64,000 nucleotides of DNA from contig NC_086114.1 of assembly GCF_963921235.1 (NCBI RefSeq), forward strand, positions 43,772,001 to 43,836,000, read 5' to 3'. The number at the start of each line of letters is the position of its first letter. Position 1 is the first letter of the stretch. Under the pieces are notes generated by a model. It was not told the origin of the DNA. It saw only the letters and a program-made list of their open reading frames with translations, and did no database searches. Positions 25,249-39,056 of the stretch are shown in pieces. Both the position numbers and the translations under genes were made by a program. Origin of the DNA: Mobula hypostoma. Its lineage: Eukaryota.

Positions 25249-28200
25249 GTAAGTAGACAAATTTGTTTTTAGACAGTTGAAGATCTGGCCCTTTTCTCCT
25301 CGAAACCCTTTCTATGTTTTGGCAGTTGCATTGCCTCGTTGGAACCCCTGAAATCTCCTATTAATATCGGCCGCTGTACCAGTTGCTTCAGAAACGGAAC
25401 AGGAGGAGGAGAGCTTTATTTCCTCATTTTTCTTCTCCTTCACTATAAAGTAACACGTCAATCTGTCTTGTCAGCTGCTGGATTTGACATTGCAGCAGAC
25501 AAGATCTCTGCAAGATTTCACGTTGTACAGATGCTTGCTAAATAAATGAATCTATTGCTGAAATGTGGCTTTGCCTGTGACTCTAAGACATTTGGAATTT
25601 TGACACAGAATTATGGTTTACAATTTCTTCTGATTTGTATGTGACCAAGGCCAGATATGTGTATCTTTAAGTAGACAGAGGAATGCACCATACCTCCCAC
25701 CAGTCCTGCCTTGCATGAAGCTTTAAGTTTTATACAGTACTTTCCAATGTTCGGTCTTTCTACCACTTAAGAAAAGTTCAGGATATTTGTATTTCATTGT
25801 CACAAAATATGCCTGAATAATTAATGAAGGTGTATAAAATATCATGGTAAACAATAGACTAGAAGAGGTGTATTTCCTTCTGGATAATAGATGCGTGAAA
25901 ATACTTACTTACCCAACCGTTGCCCAGTTACCATCCCAGTTTAACAACGTCATGTTGTGAAACAAGTTTCAAGACATAAATTCCACACACCACCAACAGT
26001 ACCAAAGCTAAACATCGACAAAATAATGTTCTGGGGTCGCAAAAATTCTGGGAACAAGCGACTTTTAACCCATCTATAAAGTTTTATTTAAAATACTTTA
26101 AGACTTTACTCGTTTGAGAATAAACCAGTTTCCAATCCTGCATGTTTTCTTCTATGTATACGACCTGAGTATGTCACAGTACAGAACAGGAAGCTTGCGT
26201 GAACATTGAGAGAAAAGGAATAGCGCTGTAACTGTTGATTTCTTGTTGGACCCCTACATTTAAACGTTGCCAACAAATTAAATGAGTGTTTATCATCTTG
26301 AAAGCAATGATAACTATTTGGACGGTCATAGATTGTTTTTGTTGGAGTTTTACACAGCCGGTTTGATTTTCTTTTTCTCCGAGCGACAGTGGACTGCGTT
26401 AAATATTGGAAGCATCATACTGCAGTATTTGCATCGTTTTAGTCACAAGATTAAGCTGATAAGGTGAATGTGACGGGCTGTGCTATGAGAGCAGTGGCCT
26501 CCCTCTGAAAATCACTACAAACCCCAAGTGAGGCGTTTGTTTGACCGAGGGACATTGTCGAGGGAAACAGTAGCAGTAATAAATGTGGATGATACCTACG
26601 TGCCTATCCGGAGAATTATAGGAGTGTGGAAAATCATGTTGTGTTTTTGACTATTCGAGGTGTTGGGGGGGGGGGGGTGATGATAACAGCTGTTTTAAGC
26701 ATAAATATTTTTTTCTGCTTAATTATAAATGTCATTTGTATTCTTTTTTAATGACAGCAATGACAATGGGGACTTCCTAATCTGCTGTGAGATGATGTTA
26801 TTAAAGTTGTGGCAGATGTGAAGCGATTGCAACGTTTATATGTAAGAGAACATCTTCTCTTGTATGTGAAATTTGCTCTCTCGCTTAGACCGACAGTCAA
26901 ATTGATATTTATCTACATTCCTTAATTTCAACGTAGTTAGAAGAGACTTGTGTCATGTGACATTGGTGTCTTTTGCAGTCCTGACATTCCAATCAGAACT
27001 CCTATTTGGTTAGGTGCCACGTCCATCATTAGAATTTTTTTTCCGTATTGCGCCTTTTAGCAGAGGAGCTGTCCAGCATTTCAGCCAGGTACCTGTTTTG
27101 GAGAATTAAATACATGGTTCATCAGGAGTGGCGTTTAAGGCAAGTGTGAATATACGAGCTTCCACACCCACCCCAATTCAGGCCTATAGGTTCATTGGAT
27201 TAACAACATATTAAACGATCTATTTTTGAATGTTCTCAACCAAAGCCACCGGGTACAGTTACTCATTACATAAGCTGTCCGTTGTAAACTGCAGCAAGCA
27301 AGCAGTCGCACTTGATACAAGGATTGACAGAAGAACCTCTAGTCTTGCACTACCAAGCTGGTGAAATTTTTATTATATAAACACTACATAAGTTTGAGTG
27401 CTCTTCAGGGCTTTGACTATCACTGTGAATACTGATACTTCCTGTAAAAAGTTATGAATATTTATTGTTCTGATTATATAAAAATATCATAAAAGCTTGT
27501 AAGTCAGTGGTGTGATAGCCAGTATTAAGAAGGGAGTTCTCACTCCCTTCTGACATATTTTGTGATTCTACAATATCAGTGCTTACAATTCCCATACTGA
27601 CGCTGTGCTTTTTTGGGTTTCTTATATGATGGCATTAAATGTTCTACAAACGGCAATTTCACTTTCATGACTGCTCTACCTTTTAACTACAATCCTGCAT
27701 TAAAAATGATTGTGGGCATTAAAATTGCACTCATTTGTTTCCCTGCCAAAATTGAATGCCAATGCTGGTGATTTCCTTTCCCTGAGGATGCTAAATTTCA
27801 TCCTTCACCTGGAGGAGCAATTAATAAAATGTCAAATGGTTACACCTTAAAAAGGGAAATGACCAACTTTCTGAAGTAATTCCTCTCAGAGAGGCACTTC
27901 ATGGGTTTATTATTGGGGCAAAGATGTACTTTGGCGTAAGATCTTTCCATTTTAAAATTGCCCAGTTTGGGGTTAGCATTGTCAAAGGTTGTTACTTTAC
28001 CCTGGAAGTGTTAAGATTACATTAATTTTGCCTCTGTTGTTCAGGAACTAATCTTTTTGTTTTACACTAAGTTTAAAATTAGCAATTTAACTCATTGCTT
28101 TTGGGTCTCAGTTATTACAGCCACCTTTTTGTGTGAGTGTTGCATTGTTCTGACCTGCAGGGATTCCTTTAAGTGAGATGGGCTGATTTTGAAACAAGGT

Positions 28201-29959
28201 TCCTTGGTTAAATATAAAACCTCAAAACTTGGTACAGTGTTGATTCTCCTTCATGTTTGGAAATTTTTATTGATGAAGACTCAGTTTGGCTTTTTGTTTC
28301 CTAGTTCATTCACTTATGGTGAAGGAACAAGTAAACAAAAGTTAGTTCTTCATAGAAGAGTCTTGGGTCAAAATGCGACACCAAAAATCCCAAATGTTCA
28401 CATTTTATTTTCGAGTACTCAGCAAGTTTGGCAGCATGTCTGAGAGAGGGAAATACATTTAATATTTAAAGTCTATGGCTGTTGTGGTTTTCCATTTTTA
28501 AATGATCAAAGCGTTATTGTGCTGTTGGAGACAATTCTGTCAGTGCTACTTGTCATTGCAACTCTAGTGGATAGACCAACCTATGATATAAGATATTGAC
28601 TAGCAAGGTTTTTTAACAAGTTCCATTTATGTAATGGCTCCCTTTCATACCATTATACACAAGGTAGTTCACAGGATGGAATTGGCATGTACCCATAGAA
28701 GATATTGGGAGAAATGGCTAAAAGCTTTGGGTGAAATTCAGTTTCAAGGGAGGCAGATACTGGGGCTGGAAGAAAAGCCTGTGCTGATGGATAACCTGGC
28801 TGAAGGTATGACCACCATCAACCAAACAAACAGAAAATATCCTCAAACATGTGGTGGAAGAACACAAATTTCAGGAATGCAAGTCCAATTTTAACACTAT
28901 TCTACTTCTACCATTTGACATACAGTTCACCTCTGAGAAAGATCATAATTTTTTACATTTTAGTATTTTGATTTGTATACTTAGCCATATTTGAAGAAGA
29001 TTCTGACCAGTGATTTACAGCATGGTGTATCTGTCAATGTCTAGCAACTTGTGGAAATCGTATGCTTGACTGATGTCCTGAAGACCTCTAGCTTTTCACA
29101 AATAGCCTTTTTCATCTGGGAGGAAGAAGGGGTTCAATAGATTGTAATGTCTGAAGGTTGAGTAATGTTATTGCACAATCAATACTGAGGATACTTGATG
29201 CTGACTTTAGATCTGAATTAATTTGACACTGAAAACTAGAAGTTGGAAAATATGCAGCTGTGTAAATGTTGGGGGGGGGGATTTTGGGGGTGAGTAATGT
29301 TAATGAGGAGGTGGGGATTGCATCCAGTAATTCCTTATGATACAGATATTGTATCTTTTAATCTTAAAGAGCTATCTCTTTTTCCCTGACCTCTGTACCA
29401 GTTAAAATATTTGGAGGAGAACTGTGACGAATATAATGCCTGACCTGAGAACAATGAGTATGAAAAAATGTCTCATTTGCAATAGTAGCATTTGTCTTTT
29501 GTGAATTAAACAATGCGTGTGATCATTTTCCTCTAAATTGCAAACACAAATCAAATTCAGAACAGTATAAAATAATGCAGCAGAAACCACTAACTGGAAA
29601 GAAAAACTATTTCCAATATTTTATATGTAATTAGAAAGGAAGGATGCAAGGTTTTTCAATTCCGTTGAAACATATTGCTTAAATTAATATAATGTTTTTT
29701 GACCTCTGTTTCTGGAAACACAGTTTATTAACAATAAAAAAAATAGTGTTCCAACACCTGATTTGTTTTGAGCAATGTTTCCATATATACTTCACTTAAT
29801 TCCTATTTTTTTTAATGTTTTCCTTTGTCTGAATTAGAATTAGTAATGAATGTACTTAGCATGAAATGTATTAGCCACAGTGGACCTGTCTGTATAGTTT
29901 CTGTACCAGAAAATGCATCATATGTTGTTTTTCATTGTCTCTTAAGTATAAAGTATTTC

Positions 29960-29998
29960 ACAGTGACGCTGGAAATGATACAGTGACGCTGGAAATGA
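29960..29998 (+). repeat. 20-bp tandem duplication acagtgacgctggaaatga(t/c)
   Basis: Read directly. Confidence 0.9.
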
Positions 29999-31214
29999 CA
30001 TTGTATATTGGAGCGTTTGACCACCATTTGTGTGTTTTTAGAGTTGAGTGAGACAACTGTTGGACAGTGCTAACACTGCATGCAGTAGGGGGCACCTTAC
30101 TGTGGCCTAAATATCTTACTGTCATGTACATGTGAGAGGTCATCAGGTAATTTTCATTCAAGCTTCCCATTAGTAAAACTTGCTCTTTAACTAGCTGTTT
30201 AATTTGATCAAAACTTACTGTTGTTATCTTGCTCCTGTGATTTTATTTATATTATCGAGGAAATTCATCTCTGCCATGCTCCAAAGGGAAAACATAACAT
30301 TTAGTTGTGACATCCTCTGATCTAAGACCTGCCTACTGGTTCAGCAACTTGTGGATTTGTTTCTTTTTAAAAGCATTTTTTTACAGTGAAATGATTACAT
30401 CCCTATTTTCCTCTGCCACTTCCAGACATTGACTCATTCTTTAACAATGGTTAAAATCTGTACCATGTGAACCAAGGCCCCTGCTCCCGTCCCCACCTTG
30501 CCATTCTTGTTAGCCACCACCACTGTATTCTTGATAACTGTTGTGAGAGTTTGGGGGGCGTGTAGGATCAACTGGATATCCAGTCTAATTAGTGCATCCA
30601 ATCTAATCCTCTTAGTAATTCTCAGCATCGTTGGGTAGCTAGAAACAAATTAGCAAAGAGTAATTCTGGCAGATTTCTTTCTTTTATTTTCTTTTTGACT
30701 TCTGTTGTTTTTATTTGCTATTTTCATTTTCTGTCTCCCTCTTTCCTTCATACTCTTTAGACCAAATTCACATGCAACACAGGTGTCTCTTTTAATCTAA
30801 GAATGAAGACCCTCTCAGCGCTCATGAAATGATCCAGTTAGCAGATTTGTCTTAGTTTATACCTTTTGCATAACTGCACATTCTGAAGTTTCACTTTCGT
30901 CCAATCAGTATTCATGCTGCCTAGCTCATACTTTTATACAATGTCTACTGGTATGACCTTTGCAGTATATGACATGTGTAAGTATTATTAATTGCATCAT
31001 AGTTCTTGCAAATCCAATGGTTTGATTGGCTGGTTACTGTGCATTTAATCTCTATTGAGAACATGTAGTGCCCTATCCTGTAACCTATGACAAACTCAAC
31101 TAATAACCTCAGTACAAGGAAAGCTTAGAGTTTATAGCCGCATGAGAGGCTAGGCGTAAGGCATTTAGTGTAGTATTGCTTATTATAGATATGAAAGGAA
31201 GACCTTTTCTCAAA

Positions 31215-31880
31215 TGTAGAACAGTATAACACAGGGACAGGCCCTTCTGTGCATGATGTTGTGCTGAACTTATTAAACTAGTAACTAATACCTAACTAAG
31301 CTAATTCCTCTGCCTACACAACATCCATATCCTTCCATTCCCTGCATATTCATTTGGTTATCTAAGATTTTTAAATGTCTCTATCGTATTTGTCTCCACC
31401 ATCACCATTGACAGTGTATCCTAGGACCCACCACTCTGCTCTTTAAAAACGAAACTTACCCTGCACATCTCCTTTTGAACTCCACCCCCCTCCCCCCCAG
31501 ACCTTAAATGCATGCCCATTAGTTCAATCCTGAAGAAGTGATAGACAGACTGGACAGCCAATATGTCAGTCATAATGCTATAAATTTCCATCAAATCTCC
31601 CCTCACTCTCCAGAGTAAACAACCTAAATTTGTCCAGCCTCTCCTTTTAGCACTCGCCAAAGCTTCCACATCTTTCCTGATCTGGCCCACAAATTAATGT
31701 GATTCTCCAGGTGCAGTTTAACTAGAGTTTAATAAAGCTACAGCATAATTTCCCAGCTCGTGTACTCACTGCCTTGAATAATAAAGGAAGGCATCCATAT
31801 GCTGCCTTTGCCACCCTATCAATGGGTCTATGGACCTGTACACCCTGTACCTCTGTGCATCAACACTGTTAGGTCTGTGT
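31215..31880 (-). mobile_element. CR1 3' fragment
   Basis: Minus-strand ORF contains RVRGDLMEIYSIM. Confidence 0.75.
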
Positions 31881-32831
31881 TTTTCTACAAGCTGCCTGAG
31901 CTGCTGAGTTCCTCCCACATTTTGTGCATCTATGTTGTTAAGTCTTGCAATTCTTATTGTATTCATGTTGTCCTTCTCTCCCATTTGTTTGCAGTTATTC
32001 CTTCACCCAATTTACCGTACTTTTTGCCCTATTTTCTGCTCATGTGAGCTTACTTTATCTCTCTGTTGCTTGCAATCTTCTTTGTTGTAAATGTTTCAAA
32101 CTTCCAATTGTGTTGCAGAATTAAGAACAACAGATCAAATAGACTTTTATTTTAAACTTGGATTTTGCTAGGCAGGTGCTTTCTATAGAACCTTGACTGC
32201 ATAGTTTGCTGGGCCAGTTCACAGCTAATTACATTGTTGGGTGTGGAATCACATTTAAGGTAGAGCAGATGCAGTTTCTTGGAGCCATAACTCCAAGTTC
32301 TTTACCTCTGCCATGCTTCCTTTAAGGATCATTGTGATCATGATGTTCTTGTTTTGATATTATGAGAGAGCCATCACTGAGAGAAACAGGAGTGGAGATT
32401 GCTGAGTCCTTGAGAGATCTTTAGAGTTACAGGTGAAGTTCCAGAGTACTGGAAAGCAGTCAGTGCTGTTGCTCTTTTTAAGAAAGGCAATAGGGGCAAA
32501 GTAGGAAATTGTGGACGTGTGAGCCTTGCAGCAGTAGTAGGAAAATTATTGGAGATAATTTTGTGGATAGGATTTACTTCCATATGGGGGAGAAAGAAGC
32601 CGACTTTTTAAGCATAGTCGGCACAGCTTTGTGCTAGGGAAGTCATGTCTTAAGATTTTATTTTGAGTTTGTAAAGATGATTGGCAGTCAGTGCTGCATA
32701 CATGGTCTTTAGTAATGCTTTTGAAAAGTCTCTCATGGTATGCTGATCCAGAAGATTAAGGTACAAGGATTTGTGGAGATTTGGATTCAAAATTGGCTTG
32801 GTCATATAAAACAGAATGTAGTAATGGAGGG

Positions 32832-33092
32832 AACACACATCAAAGTTGCTGGTGAACACAGCAGGTCAGGCAGCAGCTCTAGGAAGAGGTACAGTCGACA
32901 TTTCAGGCCGAGACCCTTCGTCAGGACTAACTGACGTCAAGACCCTTCCTTCAGTTAGTCCTGACAAAGGGTCTCGGCCTGAAACATCGACTGTACCTCT
33001 TCCTAGAGATGCTGCCTGGCCTGCTGTGTTCACCAGCAACTTTGATGTGTGTTGCTTGAATTTCCAGCATCTGCAGAATTCCTGTTGTTTGC
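32832..33092 (+). mobile_element. Penelope-terminus fold-back insertion (103-bp arms, 16-nt spacer, tail), hammerhead motif in both arms
   Basis: Arms at 32832-32934 and 32951-33053 with about 5 mismatches. TSD tagtaatggaggg at 32819-32831 and 33094-33106. Inserted in a CR1 RT fragment. Confidence 0.9.
32893..32928 (-). ncRNA. Minimal hammerhead ribozyme motif with stem I (AGUC/GACU)
   Basis: Minus strand reads AGUC-CUGACGA-A-GGGUCUCGGCCU-GAAAUGUC-GACU. One CpG-type change in the palindromic stem III. Confidence 0.7.
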
Positions 33093-35704
33093 ATAGTAAT
33101 GGAGGGGTGTTGTTTGTAACCTGTGGTGTTCTACAGAGATTTGGATGAAAATGCTGATGGTATCGTTAGTAAGTATGCAGATAACCGATCTTCATGGTGC
33201 TGTGGATAATGAGGAAGGTTGTCAAATAATATACCATGATGTAGCTCAGTTGAAACGTGGGCTGAGAAATGGCAGACAGTTCAATGCTGACAGGTGAGAG
33301 ATGGTGTACTTGAAGTCAACTATAGGTAGACAGCATCCAGAAAATAGCAGGTGCCCTTGGGGAGACTGATGTACAGAGATATCTTGGGGTGCAAGTTCAT
33401 GGCTCCCAGAAGGTGGTATCACAAATAAAAAGTGGTAAAGAGAATGTGTGGGATATTTGCCTTCATCATTTGGCACATTGCATATAAAAGTTGACAAGTC
33501 ACACTAAAGCTCTATAGAGCTTTAGTTAGGCTACATTTGCATATTCTGTGTAGTTCTGTTGTTCAAAGAATTTGCAGGGGGTGCAAATGGAGTTCACCAT
33601 TAGAGAGTATTAGCTATGCGGAAAGATTATTTTCTTTGGAGTGTCAAAGGCTGAAATGTAACCTGACAGAGGTATATTAAATTATGAGGAGCATAGATAG
33701 GGTGTCTTTTTCCCAGGGTGAAAATGCCAAATGCTGGAGGGCATAGAGTTTAGAGCAGAGGGGGAAAGCTTTAAGTAGATTTGAGGCAAGTTTGTTCTTG
33801 TACCAAGTGTTAGGTGCCTGGAGCATATATACTGGGATAGTGAAAGCAGATACAATAGCAACATTTAAGAAGTATTTGATAGGCACGTGGAATGGAAAGA
33901 TAGAGACAATGCCTAAATAAGTGGTATTAGTTTAAATTGGTATCATGGTTGGCACAGATATGAAGGGCCTATTCTTGTAATGTTCCATATGTAGTCATTA
34001 TTATTGAGACTATATTTGTATCCCAGATTAATTTAATTATTTGACATTACATTCTTCATGTGTCATGGAAGAATGGAATTTGTACCTTTTGGACTGGTGG
34101 TCCAGGTCGCCAAGTGTTAGTCTGATGATGAGTAAGAATAGGTTACATTTGACCTTGAAGGAGGTGCCTAAGGAGGAAGGATTACTTGACCACTGTTAAC
34201 AGGGCTGTTAGTTAAATGTTAGTTAAAAGTCAAAGCAGAAGTCAGAAAACTGCTGTAGGACTGTCTTGCATTTTAATCATAAATTTTGCTTTCTTAAAAT
34301 TATGCCTGCACTCAGATTAGCAAAGAACTGCTTATGAATTATTTTTGCACTGGGATGTCATTACTTAAAGCTATTGTAGGCTGTAGCAGACACTTAAGAA
34401 ACTCTTAGATGGACTCATGGATGATTGAAAAATGGAGGGATGTATAAGAGGAAAGAATTCGATTGATCTTGGAATAGATCAAAAGAGCTGCACAACATCG
34501 TGAGTTAATAGGACTGAACTGTGCTGTAAAGTTCTATGTCTACAGTATTCAGTCACTCAAAACATTGGATTTTCAAGGACTGTAATACAATTAATGAAAC
34601 TTCAATTCCTGGAGAATCCAAGGAAAATCTTTGGTGTTACTACTTGAAAAACAAGATGGAGATTAAAGTCTTCCGCCTCTGCTCTGTGATCATTAGTGTT
34701 ATGTTAAAAGTATATTTTCAGTTGTAAAGAGTAACACAGGAAGAAATTGCTAGTGGCATTCCTTTTACATAATACCAATGTTACGCTGCAGCTTACACTA
34801 ATAGAATGATTTGCACTGATTGGTGACCACTGTAATACAATGTTTTATGCCAAGGACTGATCCTGGGACTGGCACTAAATGGCTGTAACTGTGTATAAAA
34901 TTCAATAATGGTAGAAGCAAAATCATAATGACTTTAGCATAAATAAGTAGAAGTGATTTATAGACTAGGTTATGCTGCTAATAGGTAGCGATCGCAGAGA
35001 TGGTGAGATATGAGGTACTGCTAATAAATGTCTCCATCACTGGGGACTGATGCTTCCTGAAAATCTAACCATTAGGCTTGTCGAATTCTTGACAATCTTC
35101 CAATGCTAACTGTTGTGAGGATCAGTAACAGGGTCTGTGCCTTTAGTAAGTTGTCTGACATGCCTAGTGATGAAGACACTATACTTGTTCATGCCATCTG
35201 CCCTTATGCATGCTATTTGTGTGTTGTACTTTTTCAGACTTTTAATAGTCTTACCTAGTCATTATGCATTCAGCCTGGAAATGGTTACTACTGCTGTTGA
35301 TTTGAAAAAAAAAACATGAATCGATAACTGACAAATGATTTGATAGACATGAGAATTAAAGAGCAAAAGGGAGTTTAATAAAACTTTATTGCTTTTTCAT
35401 TTTAGTGACAAGTCCAATTCTATCACAGGCACTTCTTTTTAAAAAGAAAAAAATATAAGCCCTGTTAGGAACATCTCATCTTGATCTGTGATGACTATTA
35501 CTTGTTATGAAGGATATTTGCCCCATCAAATCCATTCTGGTTCCTTGTAGATGTAACCCCAAAATAACTTTATTAGATGTCTTTAGTCATGGACATGTAA
35601 TTAAGAGTCAAAGTCGAGTTTGTCATATACATAGGTACAGTGAATTGGATGGCACGGTAAAGTAGTGACTAGTATAATGCTTCTCAGTGCTAGCCTTCTC
35701 TGAG

Positions 35705-36045
35705 GATCTCCACCTTGTTGTGGAGAGCCTTGTGAATTCTTGAGATCCCGAGAGTGGTGCTGTCTGGAGTATAGCTGTTTGGTTCTTAGGTCCTGCTCAG
35801 GTCATCCATGGTAGTAAAGTCAAGGGCAGGCTCCAGGCAAACAGCGATCCAACCAAGACCGCAGTGGTAGAGCTGGCGGAAGATGACACATCACAATGGC
35901 AGTGCAGGGTCCCCAGTCATCTTGTCACTGGATCTTGACCCCAGCCTGTTTAGGACTGTGTGGTGGCTTCCCATGCATCAGCCTTCCCACTTTTAAACAA
36001 AGTCCCCCACGAGATTTCTCCTTCAGGAAATCCACCCTAATATCC
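35705..36045 (+). mobile_element. RTE-clade 5'UTR-derived element
   Basis: ccaccttgttgtggagagccttgtg...cgatccaaccaagacc; a related antisense copy lies at about 63315-63470. Confidence 0.55.
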
Positions 36046-37884
36046 CAGAAGCCCCTTTAGAGAACATCATACTAGATTCAAGAGATTGCATTGCTACTAT
36101 TACAGTGCTAGTGATCACCAACCAGGCTTTGATACCAGTCTGCAGCGGTAAAATAAATCTAGGAAGGATGGTGAATCTCATTGAAACCTATAGAATCCTT
36201 TAAGGCCTGGCTAAAGTGGACATGGAGCAAATTTTCATTAGGTGCAGAGTTCATTGGGTGTATTTAACACCTAGATTTATAGGTTCTTTATTGGTAAGAA
36301 GGTTAGGTGTTACAGGGAGGAAGTGGGGGAAATGGGATCAAGAAAAGAAAATAGGCCATGATCGAGTACCAGACTAGACTCTGGGCTACATGCTCTAATT
36401 CTGCTCCTATACATTATGGGCACAGAAAATGCTTCAAGGATACACATGAATTCTATGAAGAAATGTAACATCCTCAGCAACTTGACCAAAATGGAAGAAG
36501 AACATCTGGGAAGGTAACAATACCATTTATTCTGAGGGAGCATGTGCAAATCATTGATACAGTGCCTGAAATAGTCTTTCTTAGCCCCATCCCCATATCT
36601 CCTCCAACAAATGCAACTTGTCCCACCTGAGGTAGTAGGGGTTCTAGCATTGGTCTCTCTGGCAGCCTCAGAGCCAATATAGAATTGAAATCAAAATAGA
36701 TTGTCCTCTGTCCCAAGGGACTGCCTTAGAGAAGTCAGAAGCTAAAGACAGTAAGCTGGCATAAATGATTAGAAGCTATTAACTCAAGGAACAAACAATA
36801 AATGCCACATTTTTTTGTTATACTATAATTTCCTTTCCAAACCACAATGAGGGTGAGTTACCTGTCTTTGGAGAATTCAATTGTTGCAGTCGCAGTTTGA
36901 GAATTTATGGGACCAATTTATTTAGCTAACTCTGCGAAATATTGATTTTTATTTAGGGGAATAATTAAATATTTATTTTCACTTTGTTAAGCTCTGGAGG
37001 TCAACATCCACATAAAACCGAACAAGAAATCAATAGATTAGTTTGTGGGCCATAATATTTAATTTTGCTTTGATAAATATTTGACCAGTTCTTGGATGTT
37101 AAATTGCAGCAAGTCTTAACATTGAGGAAGGATAAATGACATGTTAAGTGCCCAACCAGAGAAGTTGGACAGATGCATTAGTGAAAGAAATGCTATCTCC
37201 TCAGGATTCCTGTCACGTGATATTTTTATCCAATTTTATCCCTTATTTTTCCTTCTCACTTCTCATTTTGTGAATATTTTCTGGTACCTTTCTTGAGACA
37301 TTTGCTTTACATGTTCTTTTCTATCATCCACCAGGGACATGAATTGACGATGATATCAGCCTGCCTTATCAACAAATAGCTTTAGGGTGTTTCCGTGACT
37401 ATTTTTACCATGGAGACAAGCATATGAGGGTTCCTTTTTAGAGCAGTTTGGGTTTCTCTGAGGCCGTGGATTCATCTGCGAACACGTCATCTTCGGCACA
37501 AGTGAGGGGCGGTCACAAGTTTAAAAATAAAACTCGCAAGCTGCCTGTTATAATTGTTCCACTGGATTGTGAGCAGCAGATTTCAGAATGGAAAAACAAA
37601 GGTAACTGATTCAGTGCAGTTTTCTCACCCCTTGGGTTTTGATAATTGTCACTCTCACCTTTTAGAATCTAAAGACTGCACATTTGGAAACCAGGCACAC
37701 ACTCCAGACCGATGTTCCCAGTGAGACTGTACTGCCCTCTCCTTTGGCTGAGGCTTGGGTCTTCCCCATCATGTTAATCTGAATACTTCTGTGAATTGCC
37801 AAGGCAAAGAAAGATATGGACCTAATGCTGATAAGTGCGATTAAAATAGATGAATGCAATGACAGGTGCAGGCTTGATAGTCTG

Positions 37885-38530
37885 ACATGAGCCTATTTGC
37901 GCTCCATGATGTTCTAGGACCATGTCTTTTAAACATTTGTAAACATTTGTATTTGTACCCATCTTCACCACTTCCTATGGCAATTTGTTCCAAACAACCA
38001 TACTGTCTGTGTGGAAAATATTGCCCCTTGGATCACTTTTAAGACTTAATCTGCTTGCATAAATCCCATAAACTCTTGTTTTACACTTCCCTGTCTTGGG
38101 AAATGGGCTGTAACAGTTGACTATTGGTCTTATGATTTTCTATCTCTCCCATGAGGACACTCTTAGCCTCCTTCACTCCAGGGGAGAAAAGTCCTAGTCT
38201 TTCCTTGTAACTCAAGCCCTACAATCCCAGTAACATCCCTGTGAATCTATTCTACTCTCTTAAGGACATCTTTCCTGTTTGCCATTTGACCAGAACAGTG
38301 CACAGCATTCCAAGCGCAACTATACCAATGCCTTCACCCCTGTACTCAATGCCATGACTGAAGGCAAATATCGCCTTCAACAATTTGTCTCTTGGCTCCA
38401 CTTTTCAGGGAACTATACACTTGTGGCCCTAGTTACTCTTGTTCCACAATACTTTCCAGGGCCTACTATTTACTATGCGAGTCCTGCCCTGGTTTCACTT
38501 TCCAAAGTAAGCAGCACTTTTGCTTGCACC
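37885..38530 (-). mobile_element. CR1 fragment
   Basis: Antisense CR1 sequence (ctcttagcctccttcactccagggg). Approximate limits. Confidence 0.65.
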
Positions 38531-38579
38531 ACTGGATAATGAACATTCCTCAGACAATGTCAAATGGTCATCTGATAAC

Positions 38580-39056
38580 AGGAAGGATGTGGAGGCTTTT
38601 GAATAGGTGGAGAAGCTTAGGTTAGAGGGTATGAACTGTGTTGCCTAGGTTAGAGGGTATGAACTATAAAGAGAAATTGAACAAACTTGGGTGTTTTCTT
38701 TTCCTGTAGCTTTGGTGGTTAGGGAGGTGGACTTGAAAGGAGTTTATAAAATGAGAGTTATAGACAGATAGAATCTTTATTTTACCAGGATAGAAATGTC
38801 AATTACTTTATCTAAGGAAGTTTAGAGGAGTTGTATGGAGCAAATTTGTTTTTACAGAGTGGTGCATACCTGGAACATACTGCCTGGGGTAGCGGTAGAA
38901 GCAGATATACCGTAGTGCCATTTAGGAGGCCTTTAGTCACATCAATATGGAGGGATATACAAGTAGAAGAGATCTGGTTCAGTTCTGCATCGTATTTGGC
39001 ATAGACGTTCGGGCTGAAAGGACTCTGTTCCTGTACTGTACTGCTCTATGTTCTAT
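38580..39056 (+). mobile_element. CR1 3' fragment
   Basis: tttttacagagtggtgcatacctggaac... ending tgttcctgtactgtactgctctatgttcta. Confidence 0.7.

Larger units (their letters stand above)
32372..33990 (+). mobile_element. Degenerate CR1-clade LINE (RT to 3' end)
   Basis: TGEVPEYWKAVSAVALFKKGNRGKVGNCGRVSLAAVVGKLLE resembles the CR1 motif GEVP.DW..ANV.P.FKKG...NYRPVSL. Many stops and frameshifts. Confidence 0.85.

Noticed and set aside
32932-32939. CRE TGACGTCA
   Set aside because: Created incidentally at the hairpin arm/spacer junction.
38618-38665. 20-bp direct repeat taggttagagggtatgaact
   Set aside because: A local duplication within a decayed CR1 with only two units; not an array.
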